From positions 120,838,001 to 120,902,000 of the forward strand of contig NC_067399.1 in assembly GCF_016432865.1 (NCBI RefSeq): 64,000 nucleotides of DNA, in the 5' to 3' direction. The position numbers and the translations under genes are program-made. The notes below the pieces were generated by a model, which was not told the DNA's origin, ran no database searches, and saw only the letters and a list, made by a program, of their open reading frames with translations. Shown here piece by piece: positions 38,640-51,629 of this stretch. Each line of letters starts with the position of its first letter. Position 1 is the first letter of the stretch. The DNA comes from Antechinus flavipes (lineage: Eukaryota).

Positions 38640-38935
38640 AAAGAGTATTGTTGCCAATCTGTTATAACACAATGACTACCAGCTCGGTGTAGCCAAATAG
38701 GAATGCTCAAGTGGATTAAACGACAAATGTAATAGGTTAAAAAATGGACCTATGTCAAAACAGGCTTTTCTTAAGTAAACACTTTCGCTTGGTGTGTGGG
38801 GCTGACTCACACTTTGGCTATGGCCATATTACAAACAACCCTTTGTTTAGCCAGCGTGGGGGGAGAGGAGGGCTTATTATAGCCTGTTGTGTCCTAGACA
38901 ATTGCTAGTGAACATGCCAGTGGTAGAATCTTTTT
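38640..38935. promoter_or_regulatory. Candidate intronic enhancer (intron 14)
   Basis: Non-repeat-looking island with several CpGs, FOX-like AAGTAAACA (38773-38781), AP-1 TGACTCA (38803-38809) and SOX/TCF-like CTTTGTT (38841-38847). Motif evidence only. Confidence 0.3.
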
Positions 38936-39399
38936 AAAGTCTCAAGAATAGCAATAGAGTGTAATATGCATATTGCTATCCTTAAAGGCTTGGATATTTA
39001 CATTTGATTTGCAAGATGAATCAGGATGTTGTTTCAAGATGGATTTTAGCAGAAATCTTTAGAAGGAATCTTGGGCCTGGAGTCAGATGGCCCAGGTTAG
39101 ATAGCCAACTTTAGCTATTGACTAGTTGTATGAACTGGTAAATCAAACTCTGGGCCTCAATTTCCTTATCTATAAAACAAAGGGGTTAGACTAGATGATC
39201 TCTGACATTCCTTTCAGCTCTAATATTCCATGGAGAAATTGGAAACCTATTCACTTTGTGGATTATTTGTTGAATAATTAAAACCAGAGTGGAGAGATTG
39301 AGAAGTCTTCTATATTTTCTGCTGTGTAAAGATTAAACGGTTAGTGAGAGGAGACCCTTATTTTAGGAGATATCTAAGTGTGATGAATTTGGTTCTTTT

Positions 39400-39740
39400 C
39401 AACAATGTGGTGATTTAAGACAATTCCAATAGGCTTGGGAAGGAAAATGGCATTTGCATCCAGAGAGAGAACTATGGAGATTGAATATGTATCAAAGCAT
39501 AGAATTTTCACTTTTTTTTTGTTTGCTTGCTTGCTTTTTCTTTCTGATTTTTCTTGCAAAACATGACAGATATGGAAATATGTTTATAGGATTGTACATA
39601 TTTAATCTACATCAGATTGCCTGCTATCTTGGGGAAAGAGGAGTAAGAGAAGAAGGGAAGAAAAGTTTGAAACACAAAGTCTTACAAAAATGAATGTTGA
39701 AAACTAATTTTATATGCATTTGGAAAAATAAAATACTATA
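39400..39740 (+). mobile_element. Old L1 3' UTR fragment
   Basis: catccagagagagaactatggag...aatatggaaatatg-like...aatgaatgttgaaaacta...ggaaaaataaaatacta. Confidence 0.8.
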
Positions 39741-40325
39741 ACATGTTTTTAAAATTAGGAAATATCATGAGTAATTTATCAGTTCAGATTCTTTGTCTCC
39801 AAACACAATGACTAAATCTTATTCCATTTCCTCTATATTCCACACATACTAAAGATATTCTTTTATGAGTGCTGGCAAATAGCATCTGAGAATATGGATA
39901 CTGAAAATATTATTTTGTTGATGTTTGTAGTTGGGATCCCCTATGAAAAGGGCTCCTGAAAATTTGAGAACTTTTTGAATATTTTCACTTTTTGGGATAG
40001 TAATGGTGGTAAATTGCCAAGGTCATTAAAATACCAGCTTGTCATATAATCAGTAAGAATCTGTAATATTGGTGCATTGGAATATGATTCCTATTACCAT
40101 CATTCTCCCCATCTTCTTAGTTCCTAGTCACCAGTGAAGACTGGATCCTATACTTATCTTCCTTAATTTTAGTATGAGTTGTTAAATCCTACCTATTTTT
40201 TCATAAAATGGCTCTCATACCTATCTCATTTTTTTTTATTTCAGAGACACTATGGTATAGTAGTCCTCCATGATTTGATTCAGAAGAACTTAAATCTGAA
40301 TCCTGAGATGTAAAAATAACTCCCT

Positions 40326-40565
40326 TGGGGCAGCTAGATGGCACCATGGATAAAGCACTAGGTTTAGAGTCAGGGAGAATTGAGTTTCAAATCTGGCCTC
40401 AGACACTTATTATTTGTGTGTGACTGTGGTAAATCACTTTACTGTTTGCCTCAGTTTCCTCATCTATAAAATGATCCAAAGAAGAAAATGGCAAACCACT
40501 CCAATATTTTAAGCCAAGAAACCCCAAGTGAAATCACAGAGCATTTGACACCGCTGAACACTACC
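40326..40565 (+). mobile_element. MAR1 SINE
   Basis: ggggcagctagatggcacc head, CORE tgcctcagtttcctcatctataaaatg, tail atggcaaaccactccaatat. Confidence 0.85.
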
Positions 40566-43299
40566 ACCAAAGACTATTTCCTTAATTGGATTGTTGTGAG
40601 AATAAATTTAGATAATTTTTGTAAAACAATACTATTATTCCTAAAGTCAGCAACAGTTTTCAGGCTCTGATTATCTTATGCCAGTATTAATAATAATAAT
40701 TTTAAAAGACTATTGCTGTAGACCCCAAACCCAAACTGGTGATCTTGCCTCCAGTATCTACCTTCTTCAATTCAAACTCACAAATAATTTTCTCAAATGA
40801 AAAATGAAAAATTAAATGATCTTTAAGATCCTTTAGATTAAATTTGATGAATAGTTTACTGTGTGCTTAGTGCTGGGGCTACAAGTAGGGAAAAAAAACC
40901 AAAAAGATTCTGTCCCCAAAGAATCTAATATTGTATTTCAGGAAACAATATGTACACAAATAAGTTCAAAATATATACAAAGTAACTAGGGACAGGGGAA
41001 ATAAAGGAGATGGGAAATAGTGTTATATTGGTATTGGTTGTGGGAAAGGAGGCAGACAGATGTTATGCTCTGGAGCTAAAGTTACAAAATCCTTGCATAT
41101 CCTTGGACTCAGTAATGAACTACGGGACCAATACACCAAAGAAATCAAAGAGGAAAAGGATGCATTTGTACACAAATATCTAGATCAATTCTTTTTATAG
41201 TGGAAAAGAACCAAAAAACTGAAGGGGTGAAAGTCAATCGTAGAATGGCTGAAAAAAAATGACTGAACAATTATGATATACGAACATAATGGAATAGCAT
41301 TGTACATAAGTATTGTATAATTGACATAGTTATAAGAAATGATGAAAGAGAAAGTTTCAGAGAAGCTGGAGAGCACCTTGTCTGATAATAACATTGGAAG
41401 GACAAACAAAACTCACTGCAAATTTCCACATTAGCCATGTACAATAAAAAGGAAGAAAGAATGAAGGGAAGAAAAAGAAAGGAAGAAAGTAGGAAAGAAG
41501 GAAGGGAAAGATTTCAAATTATAGTTGAGTTCAATGCCTTTCTAACCTATTCTACTGATTTACCACTCTTCTTATCCCAGTACTGATGATTACTGCTTTA
41601 TAGTATAATTTGGAAAATGGCACTGGTAGGTCATCTTCCCTTACTTTTTTTCTTTTATTCTTTTGATAATTTTGACCTTTTGTTTTCCAGATTAACTACT
41701 ATCATTTTTTCTAACTTTATAAAATAGTTATTTTTTATTTTGATTAGTGTCACTGAATAAGAAATTTTGAATAAATGAGCACTGAATACATTTTCTGATT
41801 CTCACATTCCCTTGCACCTGATATACTAATTGTAATGAGCAATAGTTCTGCCCAGTAAACATGAGATCTACAAATAGAACCAATCAATAGTGAAGAAAAA
41901 AAATAATTTCTTGATATTATGGGAAATTTTTATAAGTTATTTTCTAGAAAGAAAGGAGATACAAAGATAAGTGAAACAAATGAAATCTCTTGTTCTCTCT
42001 CATTTTGGAGTATAATAGGCAGCTCAAGACAATAATCTCATAAAATGGAAATAAAACTAAACTGAGAACTGTGAAATTAGCCTAGGATCCAAATACTTGA
42101 TGGATAAAGAAAAGGATGAGTATGGAAAAGTTTTATGAATCCAGAGATTTTTCCCCCTGCATGGCACAGCAATATAATTTCTTTCTTTGGTATCTGGGAA
42201 GAAAATAATCATTCCAACAAGACTTGTTTTGATTGACTGCAGTTATTAAATCCCCTGCTACTTACATGTTTAGTTTAGGTGATGGGAGCCACATAAAATT
42301 TGAAGTTTAATCATTATTTTTTACACTTTGGAATCAAAAAAGTCAAGGGTAGACAAGGAATGTCTTGCACACAGTAATGTCTTACAGACAGAGAAAAAAG
42401 CCAACATTTCATCAACATGTTTTTTTCTGATCCAAATTTATAATTTGTACACTGGTCACTATTAGTAGGAGAATTCAAAGTAGTAGATTCAAATATGATT
42501 TTTAAAAAGCAGGAGAGATATTTGTTATACAGTTCTACCCACTATTACTTTTAATTGCCTCTGGCATTAAATTTCTATATGAATTATGATCTAGTCATGG
42601 AATTTCAGAATTAGAAAGTCCTTCAGAGGTCACTAACTGAAGAAAAAATTCATTTTAGAATATTTTGGACAAATATTCATCTAGCCTTTTTTTTGAAGAC
42701 CTCTAGGGCAGGAAAACTGATGTAACTTCTTGAAATAACTGAGGTAGTTTTGGATAATTTTGTTTTCCTTTTTTAAATCAAGCCTTCTGCTTCTTTGACA
42801 CTCATACTCATTGTCCCAATTCTATCTTTTGGAATGAAGGAGACCAGATCTAATCCATCTTCTCCTCTGGATAGACTTTAAATATTTCAAGGCAATAGGT
42901 CTTTTTCTCAAAAAAATTTTTCAGGCAAAATTTCCTCAGTATGTTCAATCAGTTCTCATACAAAATGAATTCTCAGCCTATTAGCACCTTGGTTGCTTTC
43001 CTTAGAATACTCTCCACTTTATTAATATTTTTCCTAAAATGTGGAGAACATGGTAAGTCAGATGTGATCTGACCAGGGCAAAGTACTGCAAGATTTTCTA
43101 CTCATTGGTGGATGCTCTGTCTCTGTGAATGCTACTTCAGACTACATTACTCTTTTTGACTTGTCCTATCATACTAGAGAGTCATTAATTATATTATAGA
43201 GAGATAGCCCCACATATTCCCTTTTTTAACAAGATAATTTGTCAAATGCTTTTCTAAGATTTAAGAAAATTATATCTATAACATTCTCCCCATTTTTGT

Positions 43300-43540
43300 T
43301 GTTGAGTCATTTTTCAGTTGTGTCTAACTCTTTGTGACCCTATTTGGAGTCTAACTCTTTGTGACCCTATTTGGGATTTGCTTAGTAAGAACACTAGAAT
43401 GATTTGCCATTTCTATCTCCAGTTCATTTTATAGATGAGGAAATTGAGGGTTGTGTTGCCCCAAATGACACAGTTATTAAATATCTGAGATTAGATTTGA
43501 ACTCAGAAAGATGAGTCTTCTTGACTCGAGGTCTGCTGCC
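43300..43540 (-). mobile_element. MAR1 SINE containing a 27-bp internal tandem duplication (43322-43375)
   Basis: gtctaactctttgtgaccctatttgg(a/g) occurs twice, followed by MAR1 tail and CORE on minus. Confidence 0.85.
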
Positions 43541-44569
43541 CTCCCTATCTATGTTCTCCAAACTGAAAATGTTTCAACCAACACAAACTATTCTAGATGA
43601 AGCCAGTGATGGCTCTTTGTGATAACTTTCTTCTTAATGCTTACTATCCATTTCACATTTTAGAATTCTGCCAGGAATCAACAATCTGGCTATTCAACAG
43701 TTTGTAGATTAAAATTTCTTCCTTTGGGAGGTTTGGGGAGGAGGGGGGAATAAGAACATTTGTCCTTCTCCATCCCAGAAGGAAATTTTCTGTTACCATG
43801 ATCTTTCCAAGATCACTGACAATGGTTCAGCAATAACATCTATTGACTTTTTGATACTCAGCCAAATATAGTGGTGAAATCTTGATTAAACTTCAAATGA
43901 TCAGAACAGTAATTGCTAGCACTGAGATAGTTCTTTGTAGTTTGCAATACACCAAGTCCTAATCCAATTCTTCATTTTGGTATAGAGGTAATCCTGGGCT
44001 TTCAAAGGTTATGTTAGTAGAGTATAATTTCTGGCAGGTTTCATCATGTCTAAAGGTTTCATTTGATCCTAACAATAGAGAAGGTGTCTGGTTTCTGAGG
44101 ACCAACTTAGCTAATATAGAGACGTATAGCTCCAGTAGGTTGGCCATTAGTGATGATTGTTTTTTGCTGTTGTTGTTATGGCAACCCATGAAACCAAGAA
44201 AAAATGATCCTCATTCCTGTAAGTTTCCATTTTCTTTCTTCATTGAGTATAACCAAATTTAAAACAAAAGAGGAGTAGGAAGTACTAAGAATCTTATCAT
44301 TCTGAGGCTATCAATAAACTTCAATTTGACTATTAGAATTCAAAATATCCAATGACCAGTAAATGAACATATTGCTAGAGTAGCTGAATCATATCATTTT
44401 TGACATTCTTGATATGAAAAAAAAACAAAAAAAGAGGGAAATTGAGGCTAAATGGAATGATAACTTACTTATTCCTTGGAAAAACAAAAAAAAGATGTGG
44501 GTTTGTCATGTGTCCAAAGGCTAATAGCAATGATAAATATTTTCAAAAAGACCATCATAAAAAGAGTTA

Positions 44570-46080
44570 CTATTTACTTATCCAAATTGGTTGTTGAGGA
44601 CATAACAGTAGCAAAATTCTACTAAAAACATGACCAGGACTTCCAGATCAACTCAATTTTGAGACCTGGTAATCTCAGAGGGGGAAAAACAGTGAAGATG
44701 GGGAGAGATGTACAAGGGAAATAAATGAGTTATACCAAAGAATGTAGGTTGTATACAGTCTTGTATCTTTAAAAGACCTATATTGGACACAATGAACATG
44801 GAATAGCATACTAAAGAATGAATTGACTAAATGTTAACAAATAGGAAAATACATTATTATTGTGGTGATTGCCTCATCTATCAAATCAGATTATAAATTC
44901 ATAAGATCTAAGATCAGAATATGAAATAAATAAGAAGAAAGAAAAATAATGGGAAAACATATAGCATACAATTGAAATTATTAATCCCAAAATTAAATAA
45001 GTTATTGAAAAAAAACATGAACTGGACAACAGAAATGATATGGACACTGACTATTATAATTGAATCCAAAAGTTAAATTTATGTAAATTAATTGCCATAA
45101 AAAGAAGAGCAAAAATACCCAGAAAGTAACTTAGTCAGCAAAAATGTGACTTAGTTGCCAACTGTTTAGGGAAGGTCGCCAAAAGCAACATCAGGTTAGA
45201 ATATAAATTTGTCTGTGAAAGTTTACAAAGTAGGAAGATGGATGATTATGAGCAGTAACATTGCATAAAGTAGAAAGAAGCCATGGATGGTAAAAGTAGT
45301 TTAAAGAAAGCTTTCTGAACTAAGTAGAAAAGTTGTCTCAAGGACAATTGAGGATGAAAATGGGAACATTTACAACAAAAGAAAATGGAAATGATACACA
45401 TAAACTGTTTTCTGTATCAAGGTTAATGGAGCTACCATACCTGAATTCTAACATCACAGAACCTCAGGTGTGTACAGAGGGCATAGAAATGGCATAAAAG
45501 AAAACAAAGATCAGAAAAGTTGTTGAATTAAACCAAGCCTATATGAAGGAGATTGATGCTAGATTTGATAAATTGTGAGGGTGGAAAATCCAAAATACAG
45601 ATTATAAGAAAGAGAGAAAATAAAGGCATGAAAAAAAAATCTCAGACCCAATTAACACCAAAAAAGCTGACCAAAAGGATTATCAATCTATATGCTTTTC
45701 TCTGCCATCTATAGAAAAATCTTTATATGTACCCATATAAAGCACATATATAGATACATACATACATAACATATAAGACACAAATACATATTATATATAT
45801 GAAATGAGGTCATTTTGATGAGGATATTAGTGAACATATCTTTATCATCTTACAATTAACTTAAAGATGTAAGGGATATATGATACTATTGTGCATATTG
45901 TTTGCTTGTTAAAAAATTGCTAACTTATAGAACTTTTCCAGTAAGGTATCTCCCATTCATGAATGAAGAAGATCTTTGGATGTTTAACAATATAAATAAT
46001 CCTATTCAGTGATCCTCTAAATAAACATAAGTGATGCATAAAACTGGAAGATTTATGTTGCCAAAAATATTTAGCACTGT
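44570..46080 (+). mobile_element. Degraded RTE-clade LINE
   Basis: Decayed RT motifs: attatcaatctatatgcttttctctgccatctatagaaaaatc (YRPICLLSHLYKIF-like) and ataatcctattcagtgatcctctaaataaac (ITLFNDPL-like). Confidence 0.65.
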
Positions 46081-46457
46081 GAGGAAGGAGGTCCAGCTGA
46101 GTATCCAAATTGGGGATGAATTCCCTGGAGTTTTCCATGTATTCTGGTGCTTTGTACTCTCTTCTCTATAAGTTTTTGGGACAGTGTTTTTTTCCTAGTT
46201 CTCTTCCTGCTTATTTGACTGTCTCTTGTGTTTTCTTTGTTGGATTTTCGTCCAGATTATTCCCATTCATCCACAGAGCTTTCTTTACCTCTTTATACTA
46301 TTTCACTGGGTAATCAATTGCATTGGCTCCCATGAATTCAATTATCATGTCTTAGCTAATAATTTTCAGATCTGATTATCCTGATCTAAATTCTCTGCCA
46401 ACCTCTGGTTTCTCATGTTCAGTTGTCTATTAGGCATCTCAAACTGAATGTCCTGTT

Positions 46458-46685
46458 GTTCAATCATGTCCAACTCTTCATGAAACCATTTAGGGTTTTC
46501 TTGGTAAAGATACTGGAAGAGTTTGCCATGTGCTTCTCTAGCTCATTTTACTTATGAGGAAACTGAAGCAGAGTTAAGTGACTTTCCCAGGGTCACACAG
46601 CTTGTAAGTGTCTGAGGCTGAATTTGAACTCAAGGAAAGGAGCCTTCCCAATTCCAGACCTGGCATTCTAACCACTGCTCTACTT
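46458..46685 (-). mobile_element. MAR1 SINE
   Basis: catgtccaactcttcatga...gggttttcttggtaaagatactgg...gaggaaactgaagc...gtcacacagcttgtaagtgtctgaggctgaatttgaactc. Confidence 0.85.
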
Positions 46686-46689
46686 GGAG

Positions 46690-47530
46690 AATCCTAAACT
46701 CCAAACATTCACAACTTAACTCATCATCTTTCCCCAAGACTTTTGTCCCCTTTCAAACTTTCCAATTAATGTTGAGTGTATCACCCTCTTCCTTATATTC
46801 CAGGCTTGAATCCTCCACTCTTTAGTATTTCTCACCCTTCAACCCCACCCATATCCAATCCATTGACAATACCTGTTTGACTTCACATTTATAATCTCTC
46901 TCAAATATACTCCCTTCTCTTGTCTGATATTGCTACTACCCCAGTATAGGTCTTTATCTCTTCACATCTAGACTATTGTAATAATCTACTTGTTTGGTCT
47001 GTATAATAAAAATTTCTTCCTAGTTCAGTCTACTCTTTCTTCATTCAGTCTCCAAAGTGACTTTCCTAAAGATCTAATCATGACACTTCCTATTCAGGAA
47101 ATTCTACTGATTTCTTGTCACTTTCATGATTAAATATAAAAATCTTCTGTTTAGAGTTCAAGGGTGGCTAGGTAGTACAGTGGATAGAGTGCTAGGTCTG
47201 GATTCAGGAAGATTCACATTCCTTAGTTCAAATCTGGCTGGCCTCAGATACTTCCTAGTTGTGTGACCCTGAGCAAGTCACTTAACTCTGTCCCAGTTCC
47301 AATCTTCTATCACCTTACACACCTGACCTCATGTACTCTGGGATGCAATGACACTAGTCTATTGCTGTTGCTTGAACAAGATACTCTGTCTCTTAGCTTA
47401 GGGTATTTTCACTAACTGTCCCATATTCCTTATATATGAAATGTCTTTCCTCCTGATCTCTACTCATTGTCTTTCCTGGCATGCTTTAGGTCCTAGCTAA
47501 CAGCCTACTTTCTGTAGGAAGCATTTCCCA
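46690..47530 (+). mobile_element. Degraded L2 3' region, interrupted by a SINE at about 47160-47290
   Basis: aaactccaaacattc...aactcatcatcttccc, ctagactattgtaata, and ccaaagtgactttcctaaag are L2-like motifs. Confidence 0.6.
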
Positions 47531-48375
47531 ATCCCAACTGGGTTTAGGTGATTTTCCATATCCATTGTCTTTCCCAGTTACACATACTATTGGATTATCC
47601 AATTCAATGCCATTTTGAAATCTAAGCAATAGAAATGCACTTGATAAATCAATAAATCAACATTTTTAAGTATCTACTATGTACCATAAACTATTAACTT
47701 TCTTGCACAGATAAACAGGCCATACATCTTTCAAATGATTACAGAATTCTTCTAGAAGGCTTTGCCAAGTATTGGGGATTGATAATAACCAATATAATAT
47801 CATCTACAAAAAGAGTCAGTGAATAAGCATTTATTAAGCACTTATTCTTTGTCAGGCACTATAAACTGGAGAAATAGAGAAAGGCAAAAGACAGTCCCTG
47901 CCCTTATGGAGTACAAAGGGGAACTAGATGCAAACAAGTATGTACTAACAAGCCTTAAGCAGGATAAATAGTAAATTGTCAATAGAGGGATTGGAAATGG
48001 AATGAGAATGTCCCTAGATTCTTGAACATTCTCATCAGATCACAGATCAAAGACTGAAAGAGACCACAGAGGCTGTTATAAAAGTATCTACCTTAATGGG
48101 GAAATCTAAGTAGAAGTCATATGGTGGATTTTGCATTTTTTATCCAAAGCCCTCTCTAACTAGATTCAAAGTGGTTTAGTGCCTAAAGGTTTGCCACCTG
48201 TTGATTAATTTCTTAAAACCGAAACATTTCTTAAAGTCATTTACTAAGGTGTTACTGTCAATATTGGTGGAAAACATATTCATGTAGATGAAATTATATA
48301 CTGTTGAAATTAGAAATCACAAGTTTTGTAGCTTTTTAAGGAAACTTTAAAATATTTTGAAAAAAATTACTTCTG

Positions 48376-48527
48376 GCGACAGCTAGATGGTACAATGGAT
48401 AGAGCACTGGCCTTGAAGTCAGGAGAACCTGAATTAAAATCTGACCTCAGACACTCAAAGTTTCTTAGCTGGGTGACCCTGGGCAAGTCACTTAACTTCA
48501 ATTACCTCAGCAAAAAAAAAAGAAAAG
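48376..48527 (+). mobile_element. WSINE1 SINE with 14-bp TSD AAAAATTACTTCTG
   Basis: tRNA-derived head and A tail. TSD at 48362-48375 and 48528-48541. Confidence 0.9.
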
Positions 48528-48775
48528 AAAAATTACTTCTGAACAATGATTTCAGCCAATCCAGGTTATCAATTCAACTCCTGTCTTAATATATGGTTAG
48601 AAGAATATGAAGAAATTTTATTTACTCTTAATTATGGTCTACATAACCTTTACCAAGGCACTAAATTTCTTTGACTAGATCTAAATTAATCTCTTATGCC
48701 TCTGTCTATTCCACATGGTTTTGTACAACTAGTGAAACACTTCACAGGAGAGATACAATCACTCACAATACTTAC

Positions 48776-48817
48776 CTCACTTTCCTCTACTGGGACTGGA
48801 GGAGGTTCTTTGATAAT
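48776..48817 (-). CDS. ANTXR1: ANTXR1 coding exon, human exon 14 equivalent: IIKEPPPVPVEESE
   Basis: 42 bp, phase 0-0, acceptor ...tcctttcag, donor gtaagt. Same length as, and similar to, the recalled human IIKEVPPPPAEESE. Confidence 0.95.
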
Positions 48818-49045
48818 CTGAAAGGATAACAGAAAAATAGGTGACAAAGTTTCTTACCATTTTATTCTGAAGAGAGTTGAACCAATGAGATTTCCCAAGG
48901 GAATATATAATTTTATATTATAATATATATTTATAAATGTATAAATATATATTTATATATAATATAATTTTATAGGACAGTTTCCCCCATGATATTATTA
49001 GTGAAAATAACAACAATAATAATGTCTTGTAGTTTTATTATGAGC

Positions 49046-49285
49046 TACATAGAGCATTGGATAGAATTCTGGGCCTGGAGTTAACAAGATGTGTGTTTGT
49101 GAGTTCAAAGGTGGCCTGAGACACTTATTAGCTGTGTGACCCTGGACAAGTCACTTAACTCTGTTTACCTCACTTTCCTCATCTCCAAAAAGAGCTGGAG
49201 AAGAAAATGGCAAATCAGTTCAATATCTTTGCCAAGAAAACTCCAAATGAAGTCATGAAAAGTTAGATATGACTGAAAAATGATT
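49046..49285 (+). mobile_element. MAR1 SINE
   Basis: Head, CORE (cctcactttcctcatctcc) and tail (gctggagaagaaaatggcaaatc...ctttgccaagaaaactccaaatg). Confidence 0.85.
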
Positions 49286-51085
49286 GACCAAAAATATGTT
49301 AAAGTTTGCAAAGTACTTTGCATTTGTATACATTATCTCATTTGATACAACAAACCTGTGAGGAGGGTGCTATTATTTCCATTTTATAAATGAGAAAACT
49401 GAAGCTCATAGGAATTAAGTGACTTATGAAGCATCACCCAAGTAGTTAGTGTCTAAGGTAGGATTGGAACTGAAGTCTTTTTGACTCCAAGTCTAGCACT
49501 TTATTCACTGTGTCAACACTATGTGAATAAAGTCAGTTGAATATGTTATTCTAACATGAAATGTAATGGGTTGGGCTGGCAGTTCAGTTGGATAGTAGGT
49601 GATACCAATGAGGCTCAGACAATGAGTTTGATGACTCGAAAATGATGGAAAGACCTCTGATTTTGCAGTAATAGGTTCACAGAATTATAACTGGAAGGGA
49701 TCTTACAAGGTTGTCCAGTTCAGTGGTTCAAATAAAAATGTATCCTTCTCAGTAGCATTTTGACTTAGAAAACTAGAAATTAACATTAGTTGTTGTTTTG
49801 TAATTTTAGATATTTTGCCAAACATTTCTCAATTTTAATCTGGTTGACCCCTCCCCCAGTTCAGAGTTTTGCCCTCAGTGAGATGAACCCTTCCAATTTT
49901 TAATCCAATCCCTTCATTTTATAGTTTTGTATAGAAGCTGAAGAAATTCATCTAAGGCAAAGCCATGGGATTTGAACCAAAGCTCTCTGATGACAATTCC
50001 AGCATTTTTTCATCAACCTTGATACTGAAGGGTGACAACATGACAAGATATAAATCCTGGTTTTGTTACTTACTCCTATTACCTGTTTGACTTTGGCCAA
50101 GTCATGGACAAATCTTTCCAGGCCTTATAAATTAATGAGATTTTGAGTTAGAAGTGACCTTAGATATCCTCAGTCCCCTCATTTTGCAAACTCCATGGTT
50201 GCTGCTTCTGGCTCTAAAAGTCTATGGTTTCCATCCAGGTCAGCAACATTTTTATTCTGAATAAAACTTTGCTCCCCAGTCTACAGGCTGCATCTGTGAT
50301 CTCTGTCAAACTTCTTGCAAAAGGGAGTTGTTGGTCATGAGAGTTCATTGGAAGGGAACGTGCCTGGTTCAGTACAAATATACTCCCAACACTAAACAAG
50401 AAGTACAAAAATAAGAACAATAACAACTCAGTCACAGGAAAACTATCCTGATTCACACACTGCACTTCCAGCAGAATTAAGAAGGGGAGAAACTTCCAAG
50501 CCTCTTTGCTGATTTATGTTTCCCAGCAACATGGATCTATAGAGCTGCAGAATGTCGGACAGTGGAGTTCTGATTCCTGTAGTCCACAGACCATGTTGGC
50601 AAGGAAAGCCTCTTAGATCACCTCCCCCACCTGGTCTCTCTTGACACTGAAATAAACCTTTTCATAATGAATGAGGAAATTGGCACCAATTTTTAACAAG
50701 ACATTAATGAGGTAGTGTCTGGTTTTAATTCAATGACATAAACAACTTTTAAATTCAAGCCATAAGAGGAAAAAATATAGACTCTGTGGATCATATTAAA
50801 TATAAGAGATGTCCTGAAAGGATCTCTATAAATCACATTTTGAGAATTACTGTTTTGTGAGATTTTTGTGGGAAAAGCATTGTATTTGGGGTAATCACTT
50901 GAGACTCAGAGGTTCTGGTTTCAGATTTAGTCTATGCAATTTACAACCAGTGTGACCCTGGGAAAGCAAATTTCTTATTGGACCTCAGATTCCTTCTTTG
51001 TACAAAGAAGGGATTGGCCAAAATCATCTCTAAGGTGTCTTAATTTGAAATCAAGTTCAAATGACTTTGAACTTCCCAAAGGAGA

Positions 51086-51271
51086 CAGTAATTTCAAACT
51101 CAAATAGTAATGAATTCTTACAGAAAACATAGTGAGTTAGAAAACCACAAATTATAATGATCTATGTTATATTATATTTTAATTTATTTTGTTAAACATT
51201 TCCTAATTTCATTTTAATCTTGTTCAGGCTGACATGGGAGTTTTATGAGCTGCATTTGAGTTTGACACCTT
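51086..51271. mobile_element. hAT-type MITE remnant; related copy at about 49716-49870
   Basis: tcaaactcaaatag...ttagaaaaccacaaatt...tttattttgttaaacatttcc...ttttaatct...gagtttgacacc, with tcaaactc/gagtttga inverted ends. Family name not assigned. Confidence 0.55.
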
Positions 51272-51282
51272 GGTCTCTATCT

Positions 51283-51380
51283 CCCCTTCCTTTTCCTCTA
51301 TTCTTCTTCCTCCTCCTCTTCATCTTTTCTTCCTCCTTCTTCTCTTCCTCATTCCCTCTCTTTTATCTTTCTTTTCCTCC
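51283..51380. repeat. Polypyrimidine (CT/CCT/CTT) low-complexity tract
   Basis: About 100 bp almost free of G, read directly. Confidence 0.85.
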
Positions 51381-51486
51381 TGGGAAAAAAAGCCTTTCTA
51401 ATTTAGGGGGTGGGACTAAAGGAAATGTCTCTTTTTATGTTAACCAAACAAATTTTCCCTGGAAAAAGGAGGATTATACTATATTA

Positions 51487-51629
51487 TTTTTTTTTTCCTG
51501 AGGCAATTGGGGTTAAATGACCTGCCCAGGATCACACAGCTAGGAAGTGTTAAGTGTCTGAGATCACATTTGAACTCAAGTCTTCCTGACTTCAGGGCTG
51601 GTGCCCTATCCACTGTGCCACCTAGCTGC
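51487..51629 (-). mobile_element. WSINE1 SINE with 9-bp TSD ACTATATTA
   Basis: Full-length reverse complement of the WSINE1-type SINE. TSD at 51478-51486 and 51630-51638. Confidence 0.88.

Noticed and set aside
33897-48775. Alternative last exon equivalent to the human short isoform ending ENKIK
   Set aside because: No convincing acceptor plus coding match was found by eye. A spliced alignment or RNA-seq would be needed.
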